Assembly (NCBI GenBank): GCA_032718475.1
Contig: JAUCBJ010008237.1
Span: 1-64,000, forward strand
Length of the DNA: 64,000 nt
DNA from: Nemertoderma westbladi
Lineage: Eukaryota; Animalia; Xenacoelomorpha
Direction of reading: 5' to 3'
In this document: positions 10,948 to 24,720 of the stretch, one piece after another
Layout of the letters: each line of letters begins with the position of its first letter
Numbering within the stretch: the stretch's first letter is position 1
Program-made: the position numbers and the translations under genes
The notes under the pieces: generated by a model
Databases searched by the model: none
Told to the model about the DNA's origin: nothing
What the model saw: only the letters and a program-made list of their open reading frames with translations

Positions 10948-12294
10948 ATATTTATTATTCAGAGTTTATGCGATTATTCGCAACATTCATATCCCCAAGT
11001 TTATTCCTACAGTAATTGTGTTTGTTATACATACCGTTATATTTAAACTAACCCCGGTACTACATCAGGGCTGCTCGGCGTAGGTAAAGACTGGTGATTT
11101 TGTGCACCGGTCACTCCAGCAGATGCCGTGGTTCTTTTAGCTGTTCAAGTATTTTTAACTACTAATTATTTGTTATACAAGTACTTGTACCTAATTTAGG
11201 GTTTAGTGTACAGTACTTTCCGAAGGTGATTAGTGTGTAGGCAGTGTATTTGTGTTGTAAAGTGGTTAATAGGCACGTTGGTTCTGGTAGACCGCGGTAA
11301 TTAACTTCTAGGTAGGGACACTCCGTGATACATAACGTAGTACCTATAGCGATACGGTTATAGGTCGTCAGGCGGTGGTATTTTCCTATCTGGACAGCGC
11401 AGTATATTTACTACTACTTATTATTTTCAAATACCGTAGTAACCTCTCCGTTGTAATAACCAGATATTCTAACCCTTTGTTAGGCTGGTTTGTAGATTCC
11501 CTGTAAAATTACCCTAAAAATTCGTATTTGTGTATTTGTAATTAAATTTTTGTGTTTATTTAGAGATTGTAATCTCAACCAGAATTGTACGTAATTTGTA
11601 GTATTAAGTAACTTAGGTAAATTAGAATTATTTGTTTTAGTGTCTAACAAGTAGCACTCCACTGAGAGCGCACAGCTTATGTGTAGTGACTCCCCCAGAA
11701 ATAATAACATTTATTTCAAACATTGACAAAACCCATTAAACGGGTATATATATATTATAAATCAACTCAAACGATTTATAAATAGTAGGCCTGCCATATA
11801 ACAATTAGGTCTCAATATCTGTTGGACTACTGCTTAAATAACGGTAATAAAGTAAGTTAAAGTAACCAAGTAACCCTTAAAATTCAGAAATTCAATTATT
11901 CTAAAATAATTGACATACCGGTATTTACAATAGGCTTATTATATTTATTTCTATAAATTTTAGGTTGAAATCATACCGGTATTCTGTAATTAATCCTAGT
12001 CTGTAATTATACTTATATATACTATAAGTGTAAACTGCATACCGGTATCCACGATAGGCCTATTATATATTTATGTATATTTGTGCTAAAATTACCTACC
12101 GGTATTCTGTGATAAACTAGTCTGTAATAATACTTATATATACTATAAGCATACCGGTATCCTAATATTATATATATATCACGCTACACTGAGTAGCAGT
12201 ATCGGTAATTAATTACTAGGCTAACAGTGATACTGAATTACTAGACTTGCTTTAACTGTAATATAGCAGTAGGCATTCAACTGTACAATCAAAC

Positions 12295-15200
12295 ATGTCT
12301 GACTCACAACAAACATTGTCAGATAGTCTCTTAGAGGGTGTTAGAATGAGTATTAGACTTAGACAGCGTCTTAAAAGGATCTGTGACCAAGATCAAAGTA
12401 TGGAACATCCCAGACCAAAGTCTAAGTCCCCTCCTACTGTGCGAAAGATCATCCCTCAAGTAGTAGTATCAGACCCTAGGCTAGTCCAACATCGTAGGTC
12501 TATCATAGGCACTCGAGCTCAGGTCAAGCGGGACCAAGAAGCAGCGGAACCGCAACAACCCGCGAGCCAAGAACTTACTTCTCAACGGCCTGATAGCTCC
12601 AGTAGTTCGGATACTGTTGAGCGGACGCCCGAACGCGGAGCGAAGATGGCGGATAAGGTTTATGATGAGCGGCCAACCTATGAAGAATCAACCGACGCCA
12701 CTTTTTCTCAAGAAGAAAGCGAAGTGACAGCAGAGAAACCGCATAAGAGGGATGCTATTGACATCTATCTGTCAGACTATCAACGCTTTGTAGGAGATGA
12801 AGAGTTGAGGAGAAGGCTGGAGGGGCTTAGCCCTAATAGTGAAGGAACCAAGCTTGTGCTGGACGCAATCGATGCGGAAATGTTAGCTGCGAACCAAGCT
12901 AAATTTGATGAACTCCTCCGCATCACTAGAGTCCAAGAAGTGCAAGTAAAGAAAAAACTTATAGAAGACAGAAAGAAAATAGCAGCGGCCTTGGCAGCTG
13001 CAGTGGCAGAAGCAGAAAGAAAAGCGGCTTTAGCAGCTGCAGTGGCAGAAGCAGAACGAAAGGCATCTGAAGAAACCACCCAACTAGAATTGGAATACAT
13101 TCAGGAGAATCAAGACTGCATAAATAAACAGTTAACAGCTAGTAATATGCAGATGATGAATCGATCTACTCCCAAAAGACAGGGATATACATCATCTGAG
13201 GAAGGCGATACCACCGATACTGAAGGCAAAGGAAATAGATCTCACCTAAGCAGACGTAAAAGAACATCCCACCGTCAGAAATTGCCTGATTTGCCTCCAG
13301 CTGTTAGAAGGCAACTAAATAACACCAACTTAGGTAGTACAGAACCCACAGACCAAATAATTACAATAGAAAGACTCCCTACTATAGTAGATGAGCCTGA
13401 AATAATTAGGCCTGTTCCCGAAGCCACCCTTTCGGTGGTAGAGACACCTGTACTCCCTGAACCTACCTCTAAATTCCCTTTGCACAGTACCAAGCTACCT
13501 GTGCCCAGCAGAACAGCCCATGAGACAGTTCATGCCCTGGACTCCGAGCGAAATATTCAAGATTTGTCGCCCGTTGTCCCTCGTCCGCCCGCTACAACGT
13601 TGGCGAATCCCGCTTCGGCGGTTGATTGGGTGGACGAGAGACGGCGGGGGATGGACATTCTCCTCGGAAAGATGGAGGAGAATCGAATGCGCTCCTCCCA
13701 ACAGGTCCGAGAGTTAGAAGGGACTGTTCAACAGTTAAAGGGAACCGTAAAGGAAAGTAGGTTAGAGTTGCAGGAAGTGCAGCAAAATATCGCGCTAGAA
13801 CGTGATAAATTAGTAAATTTACAAAAGGGTATACCACCACCCCTTGTAACAATGTGTCAACCTGTTAGGTCTGAAGTATCTCATGCGCAAGGTGTGGAGC
13901 CTACACGCATCTATACTGCTAGCGAAGTAGAAACTCCTATAGTCAGATAGTGAACCCTATTAAGGGTAATTATAGACCTGTTGATAATGATATTCCCTAT
14001 AGACCGGATCATAATCCGAGAAATTTATATACCGATAACTCGATATTAAATAACACGATGGCCCAAGAAAGTTTTACGCGTCAAATGGATAGAACCGAAG
14101 CTCGGCAAGCGGTAAAGGTGGGAGAGATCGTCAAGTTCAATGGAGATGAGATGAAATGGTTACCTTTTAATGAATATTACAAAGATAACATACAGAACTC
14201 TGTACTATCTAATGGAGAGAAACTTAGATTCCTCATCGAGTGCTTGGAAGGATCTCCCAAGTTAATGGCGTTAAAGTTTATTGGACATCCAGGCGGATTA
14301 AGACAAGTTTGGGATACACTAAACATCAGGTATGGTAATAGGAATAACATAGCTGGGTATTTGTATGCAAAGTTAGTAGCGCCCCGAAAGTTTGTTAGCA
14401 GCGGGATTATAGAGTTTTCCGATGAGATCCAGGAGATCTGCAGACAATTAGATTGGCTAGGTAAGTCTCATGAGTATCAGAGTGCTATGGTTATTAGAGC
14501 AATGGCTTCTACTTTACCGAAGGGTGGAGTAGGTACACGCTGGGATAAGAAAGTGTTATATATGATGGAACAACAACGACGAGACCCTACCATGGCTGAT
14601 CTCATGTCATTCCTAGATGGAGAAGTGAAATTACAGCTCCTGAAACTGTCCAGAGAGAAGACATCGGAAAACAAGGTAAGTGAAAAACCCGTCTCTAGGA
14701 GAAAGGTAACACCAGTGTGTTATACAGATGACGGCGAAAGCCAGACTTCTCAAGGAGAAGATAGCGGGAAAGACACTGATAGATCTTATTACGTAAATAA
14801 AATGCCTAAAGATCAGGTAAGTAAATTCAAGTCTCGAACCAATGACAGAAGAGAACCGGTAAGAAAAACCCCTCCTACGTCTCCCAAGAGAATTCATGTA
14901 AGAAAGCCCGAGGAAAGAACAAGTGTGCACCACACAGCACAGGTTAAAGTAAGTAACATCAAACCCAAATGTGTGCTGTGCGACGGGCCCCACCGCTTGA
15001 ATATGTGCGATGAATTCTTAAAGAAATCATTAAAAGAGAGACGGGAAGTCATGTGGGATAAGCGGTTGTGTTATAATTGCCTCAGATGAGGACACCAACG
15101 GCGAACCTGTTACTCCGACGCAAGGTGTGCAAAGTGCAGTGCAAAACATCATATCTTGTTGCACACTGAATTCGAACGAAGCAGCCCGAGTCAGGTAAGT

Positions 15201-16715
15201 GAGTCCGAACAACTACATGTCCAATTCAGTGATGTGAACGACACTGACCAAAGTTCTGAGATGGAAGGATTCTATACGGACGAATTCTCCGACCAAAACG
15301 AATCCTGTTACTTAATAAACACCACCGCAGTGTATCGAGCACTCATGTATGAGAAAGACACAGACAGCGACCTCACCCTAACTACTTCAGATCAACAACA
15401 ATCTTGGAAAGCGCCAACTTCAAATGTAGGAATCCGAGAATTTCCTGTAGTCCAGTTACGGGTCCACGGACCTCAGAAGAGCTATATAGTGAACGCCCTC
15501 CTGGACTCCGGCAGCACAGGAACATTCATCGATAAAGAACTAGCCGAAGACATCTTTGCTGGACAACCCAAGTTCCGAACCAAGCTAAACATGTCAGGGA
15601 TCATGCAGGTTTGGAAATCTGCTGTGGCTGCCGACTATTATATAAGTGAGTTGTCCACTCCACAGGATAAACTAGGAGAACACAGTATAAGGTCAGTCAA
15701 GATGGTGGCAATAAAGAACTTCGCTACCACCCAAGTGGAACCTTATAATTGGGACGAAGATGATCATGCCCAACAACTTAACATTCCTAGATTCGACACC
15801 GATTATCCTGGAGTACAAATATTAATCGGTCAAAACGCGCATGAGGCGCTGGAGACATTGGAGAAACGACCTGCTCAACCGCAACCACTTCAGACCTATG
15901 CGGTAAGAACTAGAGTAGGTTGGTACCTTACTGGACCTTCCCGAAGAACGCTCAGAGAAAGACTGCTTCAAGATCGCGTCTGCCAGGTGAGTGAATGGGA
16001 AGATGATACTAATGAGGGAGACGACCCAACTGAGGGAACACCATACTCCTCAGATAATGGCGATATTAGCTCCAATGTAGATCAATGGAGATATTGCCCC
16101 AAGAAGTTTAATCCAACTGACATCGCTTCCAGAGGAGCAACTCCTCAAGAACTGACAGATACTACAGACCGGTTAGGTGAACCCGACTTCCTGAGTAAGG
16201 AGGATGAATGGCCTCCCCATCTTACTCCGACTGAGATTAGACCAGCCAAGGGAGCGGAGAAAGTCAAACCTAAAACCCGGACGGGTGGATCGGAGTTATT
16301 TGAACCCGGGATAGATCTGTCGGTATTACATATTGCCAGGGACGACGCCGTGGATCTGGACCTCCCCACCGCGAGTGGATCCTTCATGAAGATCAGAGAG
16401 AGCGATTGGAGCTCTGGAACATCAGACGTCTCGCAGGGACTCTCACCTCTCCTGCAGGGAGCGACGGACCACTATAGCTCCTGGAATCGGCTTTGTAAGG
16501 CCGTCGTGTACCTAGAGCGATGTTTCTATCGTCACTATTCCAGGACGAAGAGGAAACCTGGAATTGTATTCGGGATGCAGCGACTCAATCACCCAGTCGG
16601 TCGTTTGTGTTTACCGGAAGGGAATGGAGGACTCTCCGGAAACTGTGGAAGGCAAGATTCTCTTCCCACGACCACCTCCCTAATCCTTCAAACATCTAGG
16701 GACTCCATAACGTAA
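12295..16715 (+). pseudogene. gag: Disrupted BEL/Pao gag-protease with internally deleted pol
   Basis: Coiled-coil N-terminal ORF 12295..13950; frameshift to KFNGDEMKWLPF..LSNGEKLRFL (DUF1759-like capsid), knuckles CVLCDGPHRLNMC, CYNCLR*GHQRRTC, CAKCSAKHHILLH (in-frame TGA at 15087-15089), protease ALLDSGS, then directly WRYCP..NPTDIASRG and YSSWNRL; no RT, RNase H core or integrase. Confidence 0.9.
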
Positions 16716-18346
16716 CAACATATGGAGTGGGTGTGTGACTCTATTATTTTATATTATTTTATTATTTTTATATTTCTGTATGTATTACTATGTAATTTTA
16801 TTATAATCGTTTTATTTAATTTAGTAGAATATTATTTTGCGATTATTTAGTAGAATAGTGCAATATATTCGTGTTTATTGCGTACGTAATTACTTATATT
16901 ATATTTAGTGTGACGGTGAGAAACAAGTATTTTTCTCTTTCCTTACTGTCCGTGTTATATTATAAATACGTAACTACAGTAAGATGAAATGTCCGTACTT
17001 ATTAAAGTACAATAAAGCCACTACTATATTTAAGTATTATTGGTAAGCAGAGTATTAGGAATGCAAAGTTCAGATCCTCGTGTCTCGGCTAAACCAAGCT
17101 CTGGGTAGACCTTGGAAACGACTTGCCTCTTCACACTGACATTGCTTCGTGCGATATTGCTCTCATACCGTATATTAAATAATACATATAGTAGCGTGAT
17201 GTCCCTTTAACAGTAGCGTAAAACGCAAAATAAATCTGTTAAACCCTTTGACCATCTGCAATTCTAGTCGATTAAGATATCGCGGCACCCACCGATATAC
17301 TTGAAAGACAAAATTCTAGAATCAGTGGTTAACGTCCCCAGACAAGTTCTGGAATAAATTGGTGCCCATCTCAAATATTAATTATTTAATATTTACAAAT
17401 CTATAAATCAAAATCTGTAAAATTCAGATCCTTTAACAATTCTAGTCGATTAAGATATCGTAGCACTTACCGATACTCTTAAAAGACAATTTTCATAGAA
17501 TTAAGGATCCTATGTCCCCAGACCTGCTCTGGAATCAAATTGTGTCAATTTAACTATCAAATAATAAAATTTCAGGGAATAAATTTAAATTCATACTTTA
17601 ATGAATTTAATAAATTGCAATTTTATGCAATTTATAACATTCCCAAAATTCCATTAATTAATAGATCATGGGAGCGGAGATTCACTATATTAAGTGTATT
17701 TGTGTGTGAGAATCTCCAATGTATAGTCAATAGCCGATAAAATTCATAAAATCATATATAGAGAGGATATTGACAATTAAAGAATTACTATTAAATAGCA
17801 TCCCAGATCTGTATGCATGAGAATTACCCTAATTCTACCGCTAGCTTTCCATAATGTCACCATGGCAACAACCACGCTAGAATTAGAAGTGAGTTAAAAG
17901 AACAATAAAGGGCTTGCGTATTGAATAGCATACGGAATAAATAGCACACCGCTAGTATCCAAGGATACATAATAACAACGTGACATTCTGGAAGGCACTT
18001 GATTAACGGACAAATGACCCGAATGTGTGATAGAATGTGTACCATTTGTGACTGTTACGTGGAATTTGTGCGTTTGTAGGTGAATGTTACTACTAAGGTG
18101 TGTTTACAGTAGCGAGTCGCAATTGTGAAAGTAACCCTAACTCTCCAGTAAGAACCTGAAGTATATCTAAGCCTTTGGGACGGACGGTGGAGTGACTTGT
18201 GCTGGTTGTTGTAGTCGTTGTGCAGCTACGACGTTGGCGATAGGCACATCGGCGAAAGTACACCAGCGCTGAGGATCTCGCACTGTCCGGGGGCAGAGAG
18301 GGGTAGGCAGCGACGCCCGCTCGCCTAAATATAAACTCATTATAAT

Positions 18347-19941
18347 ATGGATAAACTTATATAGCAGATATGATTGAGTTGATAGAAGATGATCTTGGTA
18401 TCAGGGAACGATATACTCTACCTTTACAAGCGTTTGTTGATAGCTTGATACGCGGCGACGCTGGTCCAACTACTACGGAGGACGATGGTCGTTATATCTA
18501 ACCGCCAATGTCCCGGGAGCAACTTGCGCGTGGGTTAGACTGTAGAAAATTCACCGCTCGCTATAAGCATCGTAATGGTACGTATATGGACTCTTCTTAT
18601 CTGGATCATCTTATCGACCTACACGATACGAACGATATAGACACCAAAGGGAAATGGTTTATTTAAATATCATACCCAGCGGAAGCGGAACGATAAACTG
18701 AGACTCGAACACGAAAATTCTATTCGAAACCGACTCGAAAGTGCAGATGTCGAAGAGCCGGATAAATGCAGCGACTTCACCAAATACCTGGAATTCTTGA
18801 GAGAAACCTATCTCGATATTACCAGTCAACAGAATCTAGAAACTCGATATCCTAAAGGTATACATCATGACCGCATGGTAGGACTCAAACGGCTCTATTC
18901 CACTATGATGTATCTTACCGCCGATCGATCGCTACCTGTTGTACCGGATAGCTTCGAACGGATGGAGGAATATTGTAAGCTGGAGAAAGATCACTCGCGT
19001 TTCCCCTACAAGACGTGCGTTTTTGGTATTATTGCGATGAATGCCCAAGACCCAACCAACAAACGGAAAGACATAAACATCCGCGGAGACGTTGCTTTAA
19101 ACACGGTTTTACTCGCTATACTTACGGGAGTTTCGAGCGAAACTTGTTCGATGTATCACCTACGCTCGTTCGACTCAGACGATCCTTAAATAAACCAATG
19201 ATCAGAGTTTCGGAATACTCGATCAGAACTCCTCATTCCCTAGTGAGACTTCAGACTCTTGATCCTATTAGTATGACGGATCCTCCCGAGCTGTACTCAC
19301 TGCTCAAAGATCTAGGGTTACCTGAACAATTAGTCGGTGGCACCCTAGTTGTGGGCTTCCTAGATATTAGCCCATTCTACCTAGCCGGATTGGGACGCGG
19401 ACATTTAATATCGCCGTTTAACCCTTACCATCGTCCCGGCTTAACACGATATAACCTGTCACCAAAGTGGCGGAGAGCGTTGTACCAAACGAGTTAAACG
19501 CTATTCTACAAAGATCAGAAAGGAAACCTGCGTTTGTTCAGATAAACGTAAGTTGTAACAGCAAGTCCAAGCGATAAACGAATTGTCTTTATCTCAGTTC
19601 GATTGTGAAATCCAGAATCTCTAAGAAGATATCGAACTTAGACAACCCCATTCTCTGCGAGAGTTTTGGATGGACGTATCCAGCTACGAGCGGAGGAAAA
19701 TCAGCTCGAGGAGAAGCATATCGAAACGGCGGATACCCCGACCATAGTCCTACACCTTCTGATGCAATCATATTGCACCCTTCACCCAGGATTTATAGCC
19801 CTCCTAGTAAAGTGGCTCGCCCCAGAGAGAGAAGGACTCTTGCTAGCCTCAAAAAACTGCGTAAACGCCGTCTGCGTAAGAAAGACTAACTGTTTAGAGT
19901 ATCTTTATATTTTAGAAACTGTGATTTGTTATATTTTATAG
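18347..19941 (+). pseudogene. Decayed accessory ORF of element 2, upstream of the 3' LTR
   Basis: Higher-GC, coding-like segment broken by stops/frameshifts into ORFs 18797..19189, 19015..19497, 19666..19941; same position as the accessory ORF of element 1. Product unknown. Confidence 0.55.
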
Positions 19942-19967
19942 ACTTAAATCCCATTTTCTGGGAGCGG

Positions 19968-21123
19968 TGTAAAAGCTTTTGCGTAATTAGCCGGTTATTT
20001 TCCCCGTAAAGTACTCTGTAGTTGGTTTACTGGGCATAAAAAGGCCGTGTCCTTACTGTACTGGTGTTTTAGAGGACATAAAAGCCATTTCTTCTGTATT
20101 TGTACTTTAGAGGACATAATCCGCAATTTCGGGACGCAATAAGCTCGATACTCTTGAAAACAGTGTCGCTACCATGACGACGGCTAACAGCTGATATTGC
20201 CACGTCGACATTTCTTTGTTTCTTTGTTCTCTCGTTGTTCGGTCGACCAATCAGAGCGTTTTTTGTCTCTGTGTTGGAGGTGGATACAGAAACTCAGGAA
20301 TTCAGTGTTATGTTTTTGCCCAGAGCCTAAGAACACCGGCTTTTGGCACCTCCGTGTTTCAGTCTTTAGTCTTACATTAGTAGGCTTAATTATAGAACGT
20401 ATATCTGTTATCAAACGAGTTACCTTATCAATGCAATGCTTACTAAACATATCATGCATATCTTACTTAACATTACTGCTTTTGCTGTCGGTTATTCATT
20501 ATATTTGTTGATGGAAGATTATATTTGGAATACTGATCAATAGTCAGACACCCAACCTTCTTGATATACTAAAGGTTAGAGAGACCGGTTACAGATAAAC
20601 GATTGCGACCTATGTTAAGTGGTTTGAAGTGAATCTCATGCTATTTTATAGGCCCTACATGTATTGTCTGTTATTCTCTTTGTATGTGACTAAAATTAGT
20701 GAAGGTCAGCAGATTGGTGTGCAGCATTGTGTATGATTGTGACTGATAACAAAGCATCTCCTAAAGAATGCGCCATATACGTGAATCTATAGCCTTTTCG
20801 TTGTGTCTAGTTTAAGTCATAACTCTGTTTACATATTTAGAGCGCCACGTCCTAAAGGAACTGTTAATATTTCCCGAAATTGAATAATATTTGTCAGAGA
20901 TTATATATTACGATCAGTCGAATAATACAGTAGGCTTACACCATCAATCATTAAGCTCCGAACTCAGTCTCCCGGGTATATCCAACGGGTGAATGATTGC
21001 GCATAGACTGGCTTCGGCTAATGTAGTGTATCAAATACTCGTCATAGGCTAAAGACTATATATCATCCAAAAGACATCCTAATTTGGCAGGTTAAACTGT
21101 CAAAGGTCTTAAAAGCGCAAACA
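19968..21123 (+). repeat. 3' LTR of element 2 (1156 bp)
   Basis: Direct repeat of 8927-10092; followed by TSD ACATT. Confidence 0.97.
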
Positions 21124-24100
21124 ACATTAATTTGTTAATATATATTTAAACCTCCCTCGCTATGGGCCGATTGGTACATAAATACTCACACAATGGTGCA
21201 CATAGTTATTTTAATTCCGTAATATATTAAGTATAAACATTATTTTTACGAATTATTGCATGTCCAATATTAGTTTGAGATTGGGGAACAGTGAACTTAT
21301 TGAGATAGGTATTTGGTTGATAATTCGTTTACAATAGGACCCACATTGACAAGTGCAGCAACGGCTATTGGATATAACAATAGACCCACTCCACCATTAC
21401 TAAGCAATGTTCCTTTGATATAGCTGTCACGTAGTTATTATCCAATGTAGTAAAACCATTGGAGTATATGTTTAAGTCATATATCAAGAAAGTTAATGTT
21501 TATTCAACAAACTCCTAGATATAGATCAGCATCTGCCTCTCCTGTGAGTAATAGTTCCATATCACCTATGGGGAAGCAGCATTCAGCCGGAGCAGCTATG
21601 GGACATGGGTTTGGGGATTCTAGAACATCTGATTGCAAATCCGGGGATGAAGAGGCATGGGAAGAAGTTGAAATCAAGTGAGAAAAATTAAATAATTTAT
21701 ATTAATGGAGATTATGCTGTATTTGGTTTACTAAACAAAATATTACAAATAAAATATGTTACTGTTAAAATATGTTACTGTATAATAATTTGTTAACGAA
21801 AGTTAAAATTAAACCGTGCTAAGCTCGATGAACTGGAGCTCTGACAATTCGCCCCCAAGCGGCAGACATGGGAACTGTAAAAGTCTGTCTGTGTGTAGAA
21901 TTTCTAATTAAGCAATGTTCGTAGGTTACTACTATCAAATTTCAGATGAATCTGATGGTTGGTACTATAATTACAGCTAGAATTCCTGTGATAATCAGTT
22001 TGAATATTTTGGTAAAACTACACTTTACCTTGCGTAGTCTGATTGCTTCTATGTCAATGTCAACTTGTACATATTTATACTTTTAGGGAAGTTCTGGACC
22101 TCGATGGTATGAATACGAATGGACACGCCGGCGTTCGCCCTATTCATGCCGGCCATACGATCCGTACTGTTAGACCTTACCAGCACCGTTCCCAACCTCA
22201 GCCACTAAAACACCACCCACATGTCCCTGAAGTACAAGGGAGTCGTCGCTCACAATACTGAAAGTATTCAATCGATCAGTATGCCACAAAAACATAATAA
22301 TCATGTAACTCGTTCATTATAAGTCTAACATACTGAATTTACATAATGCTACCATTACATTTGATAATGTTCATGTTTATTTATTATAATATTTTGTGCA
22401 TTATTTTAAATCACACGATTACCTCAAACACTTACAACACATTACCTGAAAACAACTCTCACAACTACAACTAACTGTAGTCCTCACACACAGTCAATCC
22501 CCCAACTAATAAATAATGTTTTAATTTAGTGGTCTCAATTGACCCGACCACCAGTAGTTGCAAATATAGAAATGGTACCCTTACTAGAGTAATTTAAGAG
22601 TGTTGTCCACTTATTTGGGGTACTTTTGTTTAAGACGAAAATCATTGACATTGACCCCCACAGTATTTATCAATCTTAGTTAATAAGGGCGCCCATTGAG
22701 AAAACTATCTCCTCACCGCCATAATTATTTGAAACTATAATCTTTATTTCAGATTAATATATTTCCCTTAGTGAGACAATCTTAATTAAATAAACCAAAA
22801 CTACTTAATGTATAAGAAATGACTTAACATTTATATTAAACATTAAATTTGTAATTAAATAACTCCAAAATAACAAAATAAACATAACAAAATGAGAGGG
22901 AAATTTAAATAAATTAATGCAACTTAAATGTAACTTAATGTAGAATAATATCAATCTCTTTATGTTACTAGTATTATATACAAATATGAAAAATAGGAAT
23001 TAGATTACCTTACGGGAGAGTATCAACTTAATCCGCTTTAATTTTTTTCAACATAAATTTATGGGCTTTTCAATGCTGCTGCGTTGCATGATGCTGCATG
23101 TTAAATCATGATTGTTTACCTATAATTTGGTAATTGAATATAAACATGGTAGTAACCGTAATCTTATGGCTCACTTTTATGGTAGTTATCATTTCGGCCA
23201 CATGAGACCGAGTTATATTGGAACGGAATCGGGATCATTCTATTCCCATTGAAGAATAATAAGTAAAAATGTTCAGGAAGTATACACGAGTATCTTATTC
23301 GTATTGCTTTTGTATATTATGAAGTACACGGGTAGTAGAATTTTGCTTTTTCTTTTAATATTTTGCTTCGCATAATTTTTGCTTTGTAATTGACAACATT
23401 TATAACAATATTTTGGACAAGTTCAGTAAAATTCTGACAAAAAATGGTTCAATTTTGTAAAAAATCTCAAAACTATTTCATGTTGAACTAAAATTCTACA
23501 GGATTATATTATGAAAATAAATGATTTATATTTCAAGGATAATTACCAAAAAAAATAATTTACATGGATACGAAATTAATTAATTCCATTTGGTGTTTAT
23601 AATTATGCGTACCGGTATGCATATAGTCTGTTTGCTCAGTTACAACCGGCACTCATCAAAATTTCCTATTTTGAGATAATTGTACATTGGTGGTTATGAC
23701 TTCATATATATGTGCGTCTATATTTGGTTACTGTAGACGTTAAAGTAAACAATTAGCCACTTCGGCAAAATATTTAGAAAACATTTGAGACTTTTTTTAC
23801 TTTTTTTTATGTAACTCCACCCGCCCCCTCTCCTACGGTTTTTAAAATTTGTTTATATCTCCAATGTGGTTGAAAAAAGCATAAAAAACGATACACCATC
23901 GAAAAGATAATCATCTAAAAAGTAGATAACAATTTGACAATTTTTTTGGCGCCCCCTAGCGGCCTGCGTCAGATTTAAAATTTTACTAAAAAGTCTACTC
24001 CTCCGTTATTTTCCATTTTTATTTTTCGATACCACATTTTTTGGAACCAGCATGTTTATTTTCATAATATTTTTCGGCCACTTTTTATATTTTCGTTTTT

Positions 24101-24720
24101 TTTTTATTTCTGATAATTGGCAATGATATTATTAAATCAAGAAAACTGCTCGATATTTATTGAAGTTTATGAAATTACCTTGAGCCTCTAACCCTCTAAG
24201 CTTTCTCTAAGCCGTTTTTAGATTTTAAATCCCCCATTAAATTCAGCTCTAGATGCAATTGAAAACAAATTTCTGAAACGTTTATCGAAACCACCCCACT
24301 TCCTAATTTAGTCTGAGAAATACCCATTTGAGGTGATGATAAAACAATCTATAAAAGACCAAACAAAGTTGTAACATGTCGCTGACTGATTAGTGCAAGG
24401 GGTATCGCGTTGTGTAGTAGATACATACATGTAGAAAAGTAATAAATTATATCGGAATGGATTTAAACTGCACTAAAAGTATACGGTACTCAACTGTAGA
24501 TGATTGTACTCTGTTTAGTTGTTAACCGACAAAATATGTCTGCAATAAGTTCGCGTTCAAATTCAAAACACAACTGACCGCCAATACAACGATTACTAGC
24601 ATAGGCCTACCGGAAGTGGTATGATGTACAAACATGTCGGTCTGAGTTCTCATTCACTGTCAAATAAGTAGAGAAGGTCTGCGATCATAGAAAGCATGTC
24701 GCCTGTTTAGGGTCTGTCCC

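Larger units (their letters stand above)
8927..21123 (+). mobile_element. Complete non-autonomous BEL/Pao LTR retrotransposon (element 2), 12.2 kb
   Basis: Two LTRs TGT...ACA (8927-10092, 19968-21123), 5-bp TSD ACATT (8922-8926, 21124-21128), PPT-like GGGAGCGG before the 3' LTR, BEL gag/protease motifs inside. Confidence 0.95.

Noticed and set aside
13940-15089. Programmed frameshift / stop readthrough in element 2 gag
   Set aside because: No slippery heptamer seen at ~13950, and the TGA lies inside a zinc knuckle (likely CGA>TGA); BEL gag-pol is normally one ORF, so decay is simpler.
21496-22261. Short GC-richer ORFs, possible exons
   Set aside because: No recognisable domain and no consistent splice model.
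23949-23964. CTCF-like motif GCGCCCCCTAGCGGCC
   Set aside because: Single motif match in repeat-like DNA; cannot be supported without ChIP or conservation data.
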